A DNA stretch of 64,000 nucleotides from the NCBI GenBank assembly GCA_000004985.1, contig GG738895.1; one strand, written 5' to 3'. The notes under the pieces are model-generated. The model saw nothing but the letters and a program-made list of their open reading frames with translations. It had not been told where the DNA came from and did no database searches. Position 1 is the first letter of the stretch. Every line of letters starts with the position of its first letter. Below, piece after piece: positions 11,010-20,507 of this stretch. A program made the translations under genes and the position numbers. This stretch comes from Naegleria gruberi. Taxonomy: Eukaryota.

Positions 11010-12677
11010 ATGTCGTATTTCAATGATGATGATCATAAACCTAGCCGTTATCATACAAAGTGCACAGGAGAAATTGAGAAATCAGAGAAGGTACTACCTT
11101 GGTTGGACATGAAGAGGAGTGATTTGCAGATGAAGGAAATTGCCACTCTGATTAGACAAACAAGAAGAAATCAATTGCTGAAGATGATTAATACGACTAA
11201 TTCCGAAGCAAATTGTTACATTCCCAAAATTCGAAATTTAATTAATCAAATTCCTGATGAAGTGTATACAATACACATCTTTCCGTACTTGAAAGTTGAG
11301 AGCTTGGCTGGAAAGTGCTCATTGGTATGCAAAAAGTGGTTTTCCAATGTTCAATTAGCTCACGTTTCGATCAATAACTTTGATAAACTTGGATGGAAAA
11401 GAGAAAAGCATCTCTCCAATATTGTGAAATCATTTAAATGTCTTGAAAGTTTAGTGGCATTTCATGGAGGAAATGAGGATTATAGTTTGATTAGATTCCT
11501 TAGTGAGAATGCAACTAGTTTGAGAAAATTAGAATTGAGTGGAAACTCGTTTAATCAAGGTCATATTGTGACTAGATATATAACGAATGGGAAATTGAAC
11601 AATTTGGAAGAATTGGCATTCAAAGACTATGAATTGGAAGAGAGGGGAATACTGCATCTCACTAAACATGAATCTTGCTTGAAGAACTTAACGAGTCTGG
11701 AAATTTCGGATAAGAATATTGGAAAGCACTTGGCACATTTGAGTGTTTTGGAAAATTTAAAATCACTAACAATTTCATATTGCATTAGTGATGAGAAGGT
11801 AATTGAAACATTGTGCAATGGTTTGAAGAATTTGGAGAAACTTTCTCTTTCCTTTAACACACCAACAGTTGATCCAAAATGTTTCAAGCACATTGCCAAT
11901 CTTTCCAATTTGAAATATTTTCACACCACTTCAATGAGCAATGAATCTGCTCAATATCTATCGAGTGGAAAGTTGACAAACCTCAAGACCCTTTCATTAC
12001 TATTTGTAACAATGGAAGAGGGAGTGTTGGAAAGTTTATTCTCTGGAAATTTAAATGAAATAACCTGTCTACACTTGAAATATTGTACATTTGCAAGCAT
12101 GAAACCAATTGCAACCAATCTCCACTCTCTCACAACATTAGAAATTTCTACTGGTAATGATTCTCCACTCCTATTACACGAACTTTCAGTGGCAAATTGT
12201 AAACTTTTAAATTTTCAATGTTATGCTCACTCTGGTTTTACACCACTTTACAATTTCAATTCTCCTACATTTTCATCTCTGAAAGTTTTAAATTTAAGCC
12301 AAACTTCAAGTATTGGCAATCAGTTGAATGAGTTATTGCAAGGTAAACTCATCCACTTGCAAGATTTGAATTTGAAATTAACAGGAATCACAGACGAGGA
12401 TTTGAAAAGTATTCGGAATGCCATTAATCAAACTCCAGAAACAGAAGAGCAATCATTTGGTCAACTAACTCGATTGAATCTTTCACTGAATAAGATTGGA
12501 GATGAAGGTTGTAGATACCTCAGTGAGTGTCGTGGCTTGTACAATCTAAGGAAGCTGCAATTGAAGAATAATAGAATTGGAGAGGAGGGAAGTAAATACT
12601 TGATAGTATTTGCTTTGGCCAGACCAAAGTTTACCAATTTGCAAGGTTATTCTCTCCTTGCCAATGATGATGATTAA
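11010..12677 (+). CDS. F-box/leucine-rich-repeat protein (RNI-like LRRs).
   Basis: F-box-like IPDEVYTIHIFPYLKVESLAGKCSLVCKKWFS. Repeated LxxLxLxxNxIG units, e.g. LNLSLNKIGDEGCRYL and LQLKNNRIGEEGSKYL. Confidence 0.75.
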   Translation: MSYFNDDDHKPSRYHTKCTGEIEKSEKVLPWLDMKRSDLQMKEIATLIRQTRRNQLLKMINTTNSEANCYIPKIRNLINQIPDEVYTIHIFPYLKVESLAGKCSLVCKKWFSNVQLAHVSINNFDKLGWKREKHLSNIVKSFKCLESLVAFHGGNEDYSLIRFLSENATSLRKLELSGNSFNQGHIVTRYITNGKLNNLEELAFKDYELEERGILHLTKHESCLKNLTSLEISDKNIGKHLAHLSVLENLKSLTISYCISDEKVIETLCNGLKNLEKLSLSFNTPTVDPKCFKHIANLSNLKYFHTTSMSNESAQYLSSGKLTNLKTLSLLFVTMEEGVLESLFSGNLNEITCLHLKYCTFASMKPIATNLHSLTTLEISTGNDSPLLLHELSVANCKLLNFQCYAHSGFTPLYNFNSPTFSSLKVLNLSQTSSIGNQLNELLQGKLIHLQDLNLKLTGITDEDLKSIRNAINQTPETEEQSFGQLTRLNLSLNKIGDEGCRYLSECRGLYNLRKLQLKNNRIGEEGSKYLIVFALARPKFTNLQGYSLLANDDD

Positions 12678-13066
12678 TATCCCTTCAAAGCGGGATCACT
12701 TTCTTTGCTGGTTATTCAATGATGAATAGCATGCTCTTCCTATTGTTGATTTTTTTTGATGATTTTTTTTAAAATATGTAACGGCTAGTCTAGCGGTTTC
12801 TTTGGCTGTACTTAAAGCAATAAGAACATCCTTCCATGATGATGGTGGTAGTACTACCATAATATCCTTCACCTTCATCCAACAAATTCAATTTTTTCAT
12901 GAAGATGACAATCAACAACAACTCCATACTTCGCAAGTCCTTCCACTTCAATCCAATCTCATCAAAAGAATCCCATGATCATCAATTCATTAGAAAAAAA
13001 GTAACAACAACAACAATAATTGATATAACAAACTCAACAGTAAATTAAAAGAGAGTAAATCACACA

Positions 13067-15172
13067 ATGCTCAATACTAGTAGTAATTATTTAAAAACCA
13101 AGCACTTTGCTCATCTCTTTGAAAATCTCTCCTTTGCCAATACATTTTGCAAGGAAACTCTTGCTGATCCCTTAGGGCAATTAAACAAGACTCGACAAGT
13201 GCTGGGCTCCATGTATTCATATGTGGATTCTACACCATTGGAGAAGGCTAAATATGCCTTTGATCCTAGTAGTGGACGTTTACTTCCCACTCGACAACAA
13301 GTTTCCGAAGACTTTGATGATCAAGATGAAGAGAGAAATAATAGAAGTAATATATTGTCATCTTCATCATCATCATCTGTGGGTATATTGAAATCTGCAA
13401 CATCTGATAAGGGAGTAACATCTGATTTTATTAATTTAATTGATTATAACAGGTATTCTCGTTTTGAATTTGTGATGGCTTCGAATAGTGTTGCAAAGGA
13501 ATGTTTGAATGGAGACTTGTTGTCGAGTGAAAGTGGTGATGAGAGAGGAGTGAATGGAGTGAATGACTTGATTACTGTGGAACATTTGATGAAACAACAG
13601 GAGAAGGAACATGATTTGGATAATTTTGTAAATATACTATCTGGATATGATCTTGTAAATAGTACTAAATATTATGCACATTGTTATGGTGGTTTTCAGT
13701 TTGGAAATTGGGCTGGTCAATTGGGTGATGGAAGAGCTATTAGTATGGGACAAGTTGAAACACCATTCACAGATATGGATTCGTCTGGTTTCGAGTTTAA
13801 CAATAGTAGAAATTCCTACAATTATATCAAACCAAAGAGATTGTGGGAGTTGCAATTCAAGGGAGCTGGTCACACACCATTCTCTAGACATGCAGATGGA
13901 AGAGCAGTATTGAGATCTTCTATTAGAGAATTTTTGGGTAGTGAATTTATGGACAGTTTGGGAATTGCTACAACGAGAGCATTCTCACTTGTGAGAAGTA
14001 AGGAAAAGGCAGTCCTCAGAGATGAATTCTATGATAACAATCCAAAATATGAATATGGAGCTATTGTATTGAGAGTTGCTCCAACTTTTGTCAGATTTGG
14101 ATCCTTTGATATTTTCAATTACAGATATCATCCTATCAATGAAAAGGAAAAGGCATTGGAAGAGAAGAAGAATATCGAAGTATTGGCTCGTTATGTCATT
14201 AAGAATCACTTCCCTCATTTGTGGATTAATGGTGATCTCACTTTGGAATTGAAGGAAAAGTTTTCAAAGGAGATTGTTAGAAGAACTGCCAAATTATGTG
14301 CTGATTGGATGTCTGTTGGCTTTGTTCACGGAGTTCTCAATACGGATAACATGAGTATTCTAGGATTGACTATTGATTATGGTCCATTTGGATTTGTTGA
14401 TTATTTTTCTGAAGATTTCGTACCAAATAACAGTGATAGTGACGGTAGATATCGTTACAAGAATCAACCAGCTATTGTCTTTTGGAATTTACAAAAGTTG
14501 ATGAGAGCTTTCACACCAACACTCCTTCCAGAGGAATACTTTGCCAAAGTTTTGAATGTTTATGCTCCACACTTTGAACATTACTACTTGATGAATTTTA
14601 GAAAGAAACTTGGTTTGATTTCTTCCAGTACAATTATTGACACTTCTGAAGATGTTACCAACTTTGACATGTTTGATGGCGATTCTGAGAATTTAAGAAA
14701 TGAAGATTGGGAGCTTATTGAGGGATTTTTGGCTTGGATGAATGAGAACAGAGCTGATTTTACCAACTTTTTCAGATTATTGTCAAATGTAAAGAAGGGA
14801 GCAGAAGTTTCTCAAGAGTTACTCGATAATTTACTTCAAACAAGAATGCACGCTGATCACACTCCATCTGAAACAACTGTATCAGAGCTCAAGAATTGGC
14901 TCTCCATTTATACCAAGAGACTTGAATCTGTTCCACTCTCCGATGAGGAAAGAAAGACTCAAATGGACAAGACTAATCCAAGATACATCTTGAGAAATTA
15001 CATTGCCCAAAAGGTAATCAAATCAGCTGAAGAATTTGACTATGGTCCACTCTATGAATATTACAATGTTCTGAGAAATCCATATGATAATCATTCTACA
15101 GAGTTTGAAGAAAAGTTTGGTGGTAATGCACCACTTTCTTCTCGTTGTTTGAAATTGAGCTGTAGTTCTTAA
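13067..15172 (+). CDS. selO: Protein adenylyltransferase SelO (UPF0061/YdiU family), Cys-form.
   Basis: Hallmark motifs YYAHCYGGFQFGNWAGQLGDGRA and HGVLNTDNMSILGLTIDYGPFGF. Typical length of 701 aa. C-terminus ...CLKLSCSS. Confidence 0.85.
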   Translation: MLNTSSNYLKTKHFAHLFENLSFANTFCKETLADPLGQLNKTRQVLGSMYSYVDSTPLEKAKYAFDPSSGRLLPTRQQVSEDFDDQDEERNNRSNILSSSSSSSVGILKSATSDKGVTSDFINLIDYNRYSRFEFVMASNSVAKECLNGDLLSSESGDERGVNGVNDLITVEHLMKQQEKEHDLDNFVNILSGYDLVNSTKYYAHCYGGFQFGNWAGQLGDGRAISMGQVETPFTDMDSSGFEFNNSRNSYNYIKPKRLWELQFKGAGHTPFSRHADGRAVLRSSIREFLGSEFMDSLGIATTRAFSLVRSKEKAVLRDEFYDNNPKYEYGAIVLRVAPTFVRFGSFDIFNYRYHPINEKEKALEEKKNIEVLARYVIKNHFPHLWINGDLTLELKEKFSKEIVRRTAKLCADWMSVGFVHGVLNTDNMSILGLTIDYGPFGFVDYFSEDFVPNNSDSDGRYRYKNQPAIVFWNLQKLMRAFTPTLLPEEYFAKVLNVYAPHFEHYYLMNFRKKLGLISSSTIIDTSEDVTNFDMFDGDSENLRNEDWELIEGFLAWMNENRADFTNFFRLLSNVKKGAEVSQELLDNLLQTRMHADHTPSETTVSELKNWLSIYTKRLESVPLSDEERKTQMDKTNPRYILRNYIAQKVIKSAEEFDYGPLYEYYNVLRNPYDNHSTEFEEKFGGNAPLSSRCLKLSCSS

Positions 15173-15180
15173 TAAACTTT

Positions 15181-16743
15181 TTATTTACATTTCTCTAGAA
15201 TTTTATCGAATATTTGTGAGAGCTTTGGTACCAGATCTTCTGTGTCCAATGAATTTGTTATAATGATTTCGCAAACTCTATTTCCTAAATCCACTTCCTT
15301 GAATTTGTTAGTAATTGAGGTCAAGTAAAAATCCGCATCTAGGTTGTTATTATCATTTCCTATGGAAAGTAACGAGTTCAAAATTGTAACCTTATTTGGT
15401 GAGTCTAACTTTTTCTTGAATCTATCAACATTAGTTAATACGAGAAACACTGGTTGATTCTTGATCGATTCATTCGTAATCCAATCTTTAAATGTTGTCA
15501 AATCCTCAATAAATCTATTAGTAGTAATATCTTCCCAACAAACTAGGTCAAACTCTGAAAGAGATGCCACATAAACAAGTGCTTGGCAGCATTTCATTAC
15601 TGCAGACCATTTTTTCCTTTCGGTACGAACGCCTGCTAAGTCCATCAGAGTTATTGACTTGTCCTTGTAGGTATAAATTCGAGAAATGACTCCAGTTGTT
15701 CGTTGTTGGAATACAATGTAGTCTCTCTCGGTAGCTCTGTATTCTGAACTTGTTAATCGTTCATATTCTGAAATATAATACTCAATACAATTTCCAATCG
15801 AATAATTCAAATTCTTATAGTCGTGAATGTTATCCAAAATTTCTTTAACTCTTGAATCATGTAAAATATCATACCATGTTGCAGCATCTATCACCTTGTC
15901 ACCAATTAATTTTTCAGAAGCGTGCTTTGAGATGAAATTTTTCATTTTCTGACAAGTTGCCCAATCGAGAGCAACATCACCATTTGATTCCTGTTCTTTG
16001 AGTATTCCTTCAAAGAGAGCTCTCAATACTTCCACCAAATTTTGTTGTATGAATGTGGCTGAAAGATTAACAGCCTTCTCAGCATATTTTCCTCCAATAA
16101 TCTTTTCGCATTGTTTGAATAGAGTACTCTTTCCACTTCCTTCACATCCAAACAAGGCAATCTTGAGGTCGGAATCTTTTGGCACTTCATTGGCCTTCCT
16201 TCCAGAGAGCCATTGCAACAAGTTACTTCTCGGAGATGATGGTGGAGACATTGTTGGAGGAGTTTTTGATTTCTTATTGTTGAATGGAATATTTCTTGGC
16301 GAAGTACTTCCAGAAGATGACGATGAGCCTTCATCCATTATACCACTATTCGGAACAAGCAAATAATTAGCACTCTTAATCCCCTCGTCTGATGATGACG
16401 AAGAGGATGCTGGAGAAGCAGAGGAGTGACCCATCAATCGATTCCCAGCCGAAGTTGTCCTTCCAAAACTGACGAGACTTTCATTATTATTACTACTACT
16501 GGAAGCAGCGTTGTTGTTTGTATTTTTTCGTTGCTGTAAATTTCCAAGCGAGGGAGAAGTTGGAATGGCGGGAGAAGTGTTGGTAGAGCTTGGAATGAGA
16601 AATTCTTGGACATCTTGTTTGGTGGTTCGACTCTTGAATGATGGAAGGGAAAATTTACGTTTAGTTTTGGACATTTTTTTGCATTGAGAGTGATGAACTA
16701 TTTTTTTGAAAGGGAACTTTAAATGCAATCTGTCAAAAGTCAT
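15181..16743 (-). CDS. Heterotrimeric G-protein alpha subunit with a Ser-rich N-terminal extension. Divergent: the switch II Gln is replaced and NKxD is altered.
   Basis: G1 KIALFGCEGSGKSTLFKQ. Switch I RTTGV. G3 DLAGVRTERKKW, where canonical is DVGGQRSERKKW. G4 region LVLTNVD, where canonical is NKxD. Confidence 0.75.
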   Translation of the reverse strand: MTFDRLHLKFPFKKIVHHSQCKKMSKTKRKFSLPSFKSRTTKQDVQEFLIPSSTNTSPAIPTSPSLGNLQQRKNTNNNAASSSSNNNESLVSFGRTTSAGNRLMGHSSASPASSSSSSDEGIKSANYLLVPNSGIMDEGSSSSSGSTSPRNIPFNNKKSKTPPTMSPPSSPRSNLLQWLSGRKANEVPKDSDLKIALFGCEGSGKSTLFKQCEKIIGGKYAEKAVNLSATFIQQNLVEVLRALFEGILKEQESNGDVALDWATCQKMKNFISKHASEKLIGDKVIDAATWYDILHDSRVKEILDNIHDYKNLNYSIGNCIEYYISEYERLTSSEYRATERDYIVFQQRTTGVISRIYTYKDKSITLMDLAGVRTERKKWSAVMKCCQALVYVASLSEFDLVCWEDITTNRFIEDLTTFKDWITNESIKNQPVFLVLTNVDRFKKKLDSPNKVTILNSLLSIGNDNNNLDADFYLTSITNKFKEVDLGNRVCEIIITNSLDTEDLVPKLSQIFDKILEKCK

Positions 16744-17163
16744 CGCTTTGAATGTGCTCTTGGACTTTGAAATAATTGAGGCGAGAAGTTATTCGCCATT
16801 TATTATTTTCGTCTTCATTAAAAGTAATCCAACCAACATACAAACATCAATTAAAAATTGAAATATGAAAGAGTGAATGACTAAAATATCATTTTTAAAG
16901 TCAGTCAATGGAGCACACTAATTTTGGTCAGCAACTTAGTTAAGAAGGCTAGAAACTAGCTTAGCTTGTCATCAGCAATTTTCATTGATAAAATTCAAAT
17001 ACAAATTGGCGCCAAATATTAAAAAAAAAATTGATATTTTGGTTTTCTTTAAAGAAAATTTAATACATGTAACCAATTATGATTCCAATAAACGTTGTGA
17101 TTTGATTACGTGGATAGCGAGATCAAAAAATTGTCATCACACAAGATCACCACAACATTGCAC

Positions 17164-18762
17164 ATGATGGAATCAACAAAACCATCATCCGAGATGAAAA
17201 TGTTCATGGAAAAGGTTGGTCTGGATGTTTTTCAATTCATCCTTTCCTTCTTGCCTCCTGTTCCGTATTTATTTCAACTTCAGAGAGTGAGCAAACATTA
17301 TTCACAATTGTGTCAATCATGTATGGAAGAAGATTGTAGTGAATTGTATTGGGATGAAGAAGCTGTCGCTCAAATGAATGATCAGATGAAAAAATCGTCA
17401 TCAAACAATATTCCGAATACTTTGTCGAAATTATTGAAACAAGTTAGACCAGCACATAAAGATTGGGTCTTGTTCTTTAGGGATATCCTACATAAATTCA
17501 AAAAGTTGGATCGTCTGGTTTTGAAGAATATGGAATTTTCGAATGTGATCATGTATTTAATTTTTGTAGATTGGAAAGGAGATTTGAAAGAATTGAAACT
17601 CATTGAATGTGATTTCAAGGTACAAATACCATGTAGTTTTTCAAGCATGTCTCAAGGTCAAGTTGTAACACTGAGAGAAATATATTTTCAAGTGGAGAGC
17701 TTTTTGGATTGTACTTTAGACTTGGGTGACCATACAGGATTCATGACAGATATTCAGAAGTCAACAAATATTGGAAAAATTGAAAAGATCAAAATTGTAT
17801 CCAAATCGAACGGTTATAATAACGATGCTAAATATCCAAATAATGGATATGGGTTGATTCCATTTGTGAAATGTTTCCCCTCACTCAAGAATATATTCTG
17901 CTTAGTTTTCAGAAACAAATCACCTGTATGGGAATCGGTTCTTTTAATGTTTCCAGATATTGTTTTTGAACCCTTACCTAGAGAATTAACCAATAATGAA
18001 ACAAACTTGGGCGAATTTTATATTGATTACCTGTGTAAGGAATTCAATTTGAGGAAAAACAGACTAGAATTGATTCAACACGAATTTACATCTTCCAGAA
18101 CTAGAGAGAATATTCATAGTTTCTTTAGTACAATTATTGATTTCTTGGAGGTGCATACACCATTTGGTCTTGATAGTTTGATAAAGGATGTTCGTGGTAA
18201 TAATATCATTCAATTGGCTATCCTATTTACAAACTATGAAACAGTTCGATTCTTTGTCAAATACCTTACAGCACTTGAGGATAAGGATCATGCTGCTAAA
18301 GAACTCTCCCAACTCTTCTCTGCTAATAACCGACTCGATGGAAGAAATGCTCTATTTAAATGTATTTCCTCATCCTCACTTACTTATTTCGATCTGCTTT
18401 TAGAGTATGGAGTTTCATTCAATTTTCCAGATAGTGATGGAAATACAATACTTCACAGCTTGTGTATGTTTGGACAATTAGCTAAATTACAAACCTTGTG
18501 GGATAATACTTTGGGTAAAAAGCAATTGAAAGAAAAAATGTACTATTTGAATTTTAATACAAAGAATAAGAATGGTGAAACACCACTCTATCTATGTAAA
18601 AAGAATAGAATGAATAATATGGCAAACCAATTACAAACCCAATTTGAACATTATGGCATTGATTTGAGTGTTACTGATCCAGTGCCACCAGTAGCAAGCA
18701 GCAACCCAACACCAATAAGAAATGACACACCAAGCTCAGCCACGAAATGTGATATTTTGTAG
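17164..18762 (+). CDS. F-box-like/ankyrin-repeat protein.
   Basis: F-box-like LDVFQFILSFLPPVPYLFQLQRVSKHYSQLC. Ankyrin repeats DSDGNTILHSLCMFGQLAKL and KNKNGETPLYLC. First ATG at 17164; the track start is a GTG. Confidence 0.65.
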   Translation: MMESTKPSSEMKMFMEKVGLDVFQFILSFLPPVPYLFQLQRVSKHYSQLCQSCMEEDCSELYWDEEAVAQMNDQMKKSSSNNIPNTLSKLLKQVRPAHKDWVLFFRDILHKFKKLDRLVLKNMEFSNVIMYLIFVDWKGDLKELKLIECDFKVQIPCSFSSMSQGQVVTLREIYFQVESFLDCTLDLGDHTGFMTDIQKSTNIGKIEKIKIVSKSNGYNNDAKYPNNGYGLIPFVKCFPSLKNIFCLVFRNKSPVWESVLLMFPDIVFEPLPRELTNNETNLGEFYIDYLCKEFNLRKNRLELIQHEFTSSRTRENIHSFFSTIIDFLEVHTPFGLDSLIKDVRGNNIIQLAILFTNYETVRFFVKYLTALEDKDHAAKELSQLFSANNRLDGRNALFKCISSSSLTYFDLLLEYGVSFNFPDSDGNTILHSLCMFGQLAKLQTLWDNTLGKKQLKEKMYYLNFNTKNKNGETPLYLCKKNRMNNMANQLQTQFEHYGIDLSVTDPVPPVASSNPTPIRNDTPSSATKCDIL

Positions 18763-18798
18763 AGATCTATTAAATTAAGTGTAAATACAGTTAGATTT

Positions 18799-19878
18799 TT
18801 AATTCGTGAACGAAAATGTTACATCATGAAAACAATTAGACATTAATCCACATTGCTCATTTAAGGAATGCTTGAAATGCTTTCTAATTTTCCTATTCTT
18901 ATGACAGGTATCCAAACTAAAATCACGTAGAAACCTCACAATCTCCTTATGACCATAACGTTGAGCAGTTTCAACAGGTAACTCATCCAGACACTTTTGA
19001 TATTGATTGGCTCCATTTTTCATTAGAAACTTGACCGTACTCAAACAACCAATGATACAAGCAGTGGTTAATGGCATGAATTTTCGTTTCGTTCTCTTTG
19101 ATCCAACATAATTAATTACTTCTCTGATGAGCTTTTGACCACCTCCAACATGTCCATATAGTGCAATACCATAATTCTTTACATCTTTTCTAATGAACTC
19201 TTTGATTTGAGACAGATTTTTTGAATTGACAAGAACTACCAGTTTGTTAGCCAAGTCCAAAATCATGAGCATCCTCATACTCATTCGTATAGAGTAATTG
19301 TGCTTGTGTAACATTTCACAAAATGATAGGTGAAGTGTTGGTTCAATTGGAGCCAAACCCACTTCACCTTCATGTGGTACTACTGGTAGGTGTTGTTGCT
19401 GTTGACCTTCACTAGAAATAATTGCATCACCACTCTTTTCATTCACAAGCCCATCACCATCACCACATTGAGAACCATCATTCAAACATTCATTCAATAC
19501 TATTGTTGTACATGTACCATTATTACTTGTATTCGCCTGTGAAGAAGCATTCAATACTGTAATATCGGATGATGGCAATGATGACAATTGTGGACTAGTA
19601 CTAATAACAGAATTTGATATTGTTGGTTCCTGATGTAAAAGTGCAGAATTTGTTGTTGGTTGTTGGACTATTGAATTAGAGGATGAAATGGAAGAGGTAC
19701 TATAATTATTTTGTATCAAAACATTTGATGATGAACTATACGAAGGAGTAGAAGAATAATCATCAGACGCCTTGTTGGTATACAGAGATGAATTCATCAT
19801 CGATGCTGTTGATGGAGATGACTGAGAAGAATTGAATGAAGAGGAGTTATTTGACTGTGTCATGACTAGTGACAGCAT
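18799..19878 (-). CDS. Ser-rich protein with C-terminal ankyrin repeats.
   Basis: Low-complexity S/N/T-rich N-terminal half. C-terminal ANK-like repeats (TACIIGCLSTVKFLMKNGAN, RYGHKEIVRFL). Confidence 0.55.
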   Translation of the reverse strand: MLSLVMTQSNNSSSFNSSQSSPSTASMMNSSLYTNKASDDYSSTPSYSSSSNVLIQNNYSTSSISSSNSIVQQPTTNSALLHQEPTISNSVISTSPQLSSLPSSDITVLNASSQANTSNNGTCTTIVLNECLNDGSQCGDGDGLVNEKSGDAIISSEGQQQQHLPVVPHEGEVGLAPIEPTLHLSFCEMLHKHNYSIRMSMRMLMILDLANKLVVLVNSKNLSQIKEFIRKDVKNYGIALYGHVGGGQKLIREVINYVGSKRTKRKFMPLTTACIIGCLSTVKFLMKNGANQYQKCLDELPVETAQRYGHKEIVRFLRDFSLDTCHKNRKIRKHFKHSLNEQCGLMSNCFHDVTFSFTN

Positions 19879-20507
19879 TTTTTGTCTGTTGGTTTCGAAT
19901 CAGAAGAACCTTTCGCGACGATTGGTGAATGAATGACATATTCTGTATTTGGACTCTTCAGTTTCACATGTGTTTTGATTTGTCAAATTTGGGGTTTTGC
20001 TTGCCGAGGAGAAGTATTGAATTGTTAAGGTTTGATAATTTGTAAGTTGTTTTCAAATCTACTTATCTAAACACATAAATTGCATCTCCTTAATTGTGTC
20101 CTTAGAGATGCACTAGTTTGTCTCCTTCCCATTCATCGACATGTTCATGCAAAAATTACCTCGTATTTGATCTATACAAATTAATATTCCATGCGCAACA
20201 ATGGTCAAACTAGCAGTTTTTCAATTTGTAAAGAGTGCATCTTCCTTACTGAACTCAAACTGAGAACTTGATAATGCCTCCTTAATAACCAGTGTACAAC
20301 AGCACAATTCACATCTCTCCAACAAATACTGTTCATCCTTATTAACAAATAGTAAGAAAAAAACAAACGACAACAAGAACGCATTCACTGTATTCTCTCG
20401 AGTGTTTTTGAAGATCATTAAGGCGTACCTTTGTGTATTATATAACCAATCAAGCAAAACTAATCTATACACAACTAACTAGTAATTGTACATAATAGTA
20501 TTTAACA

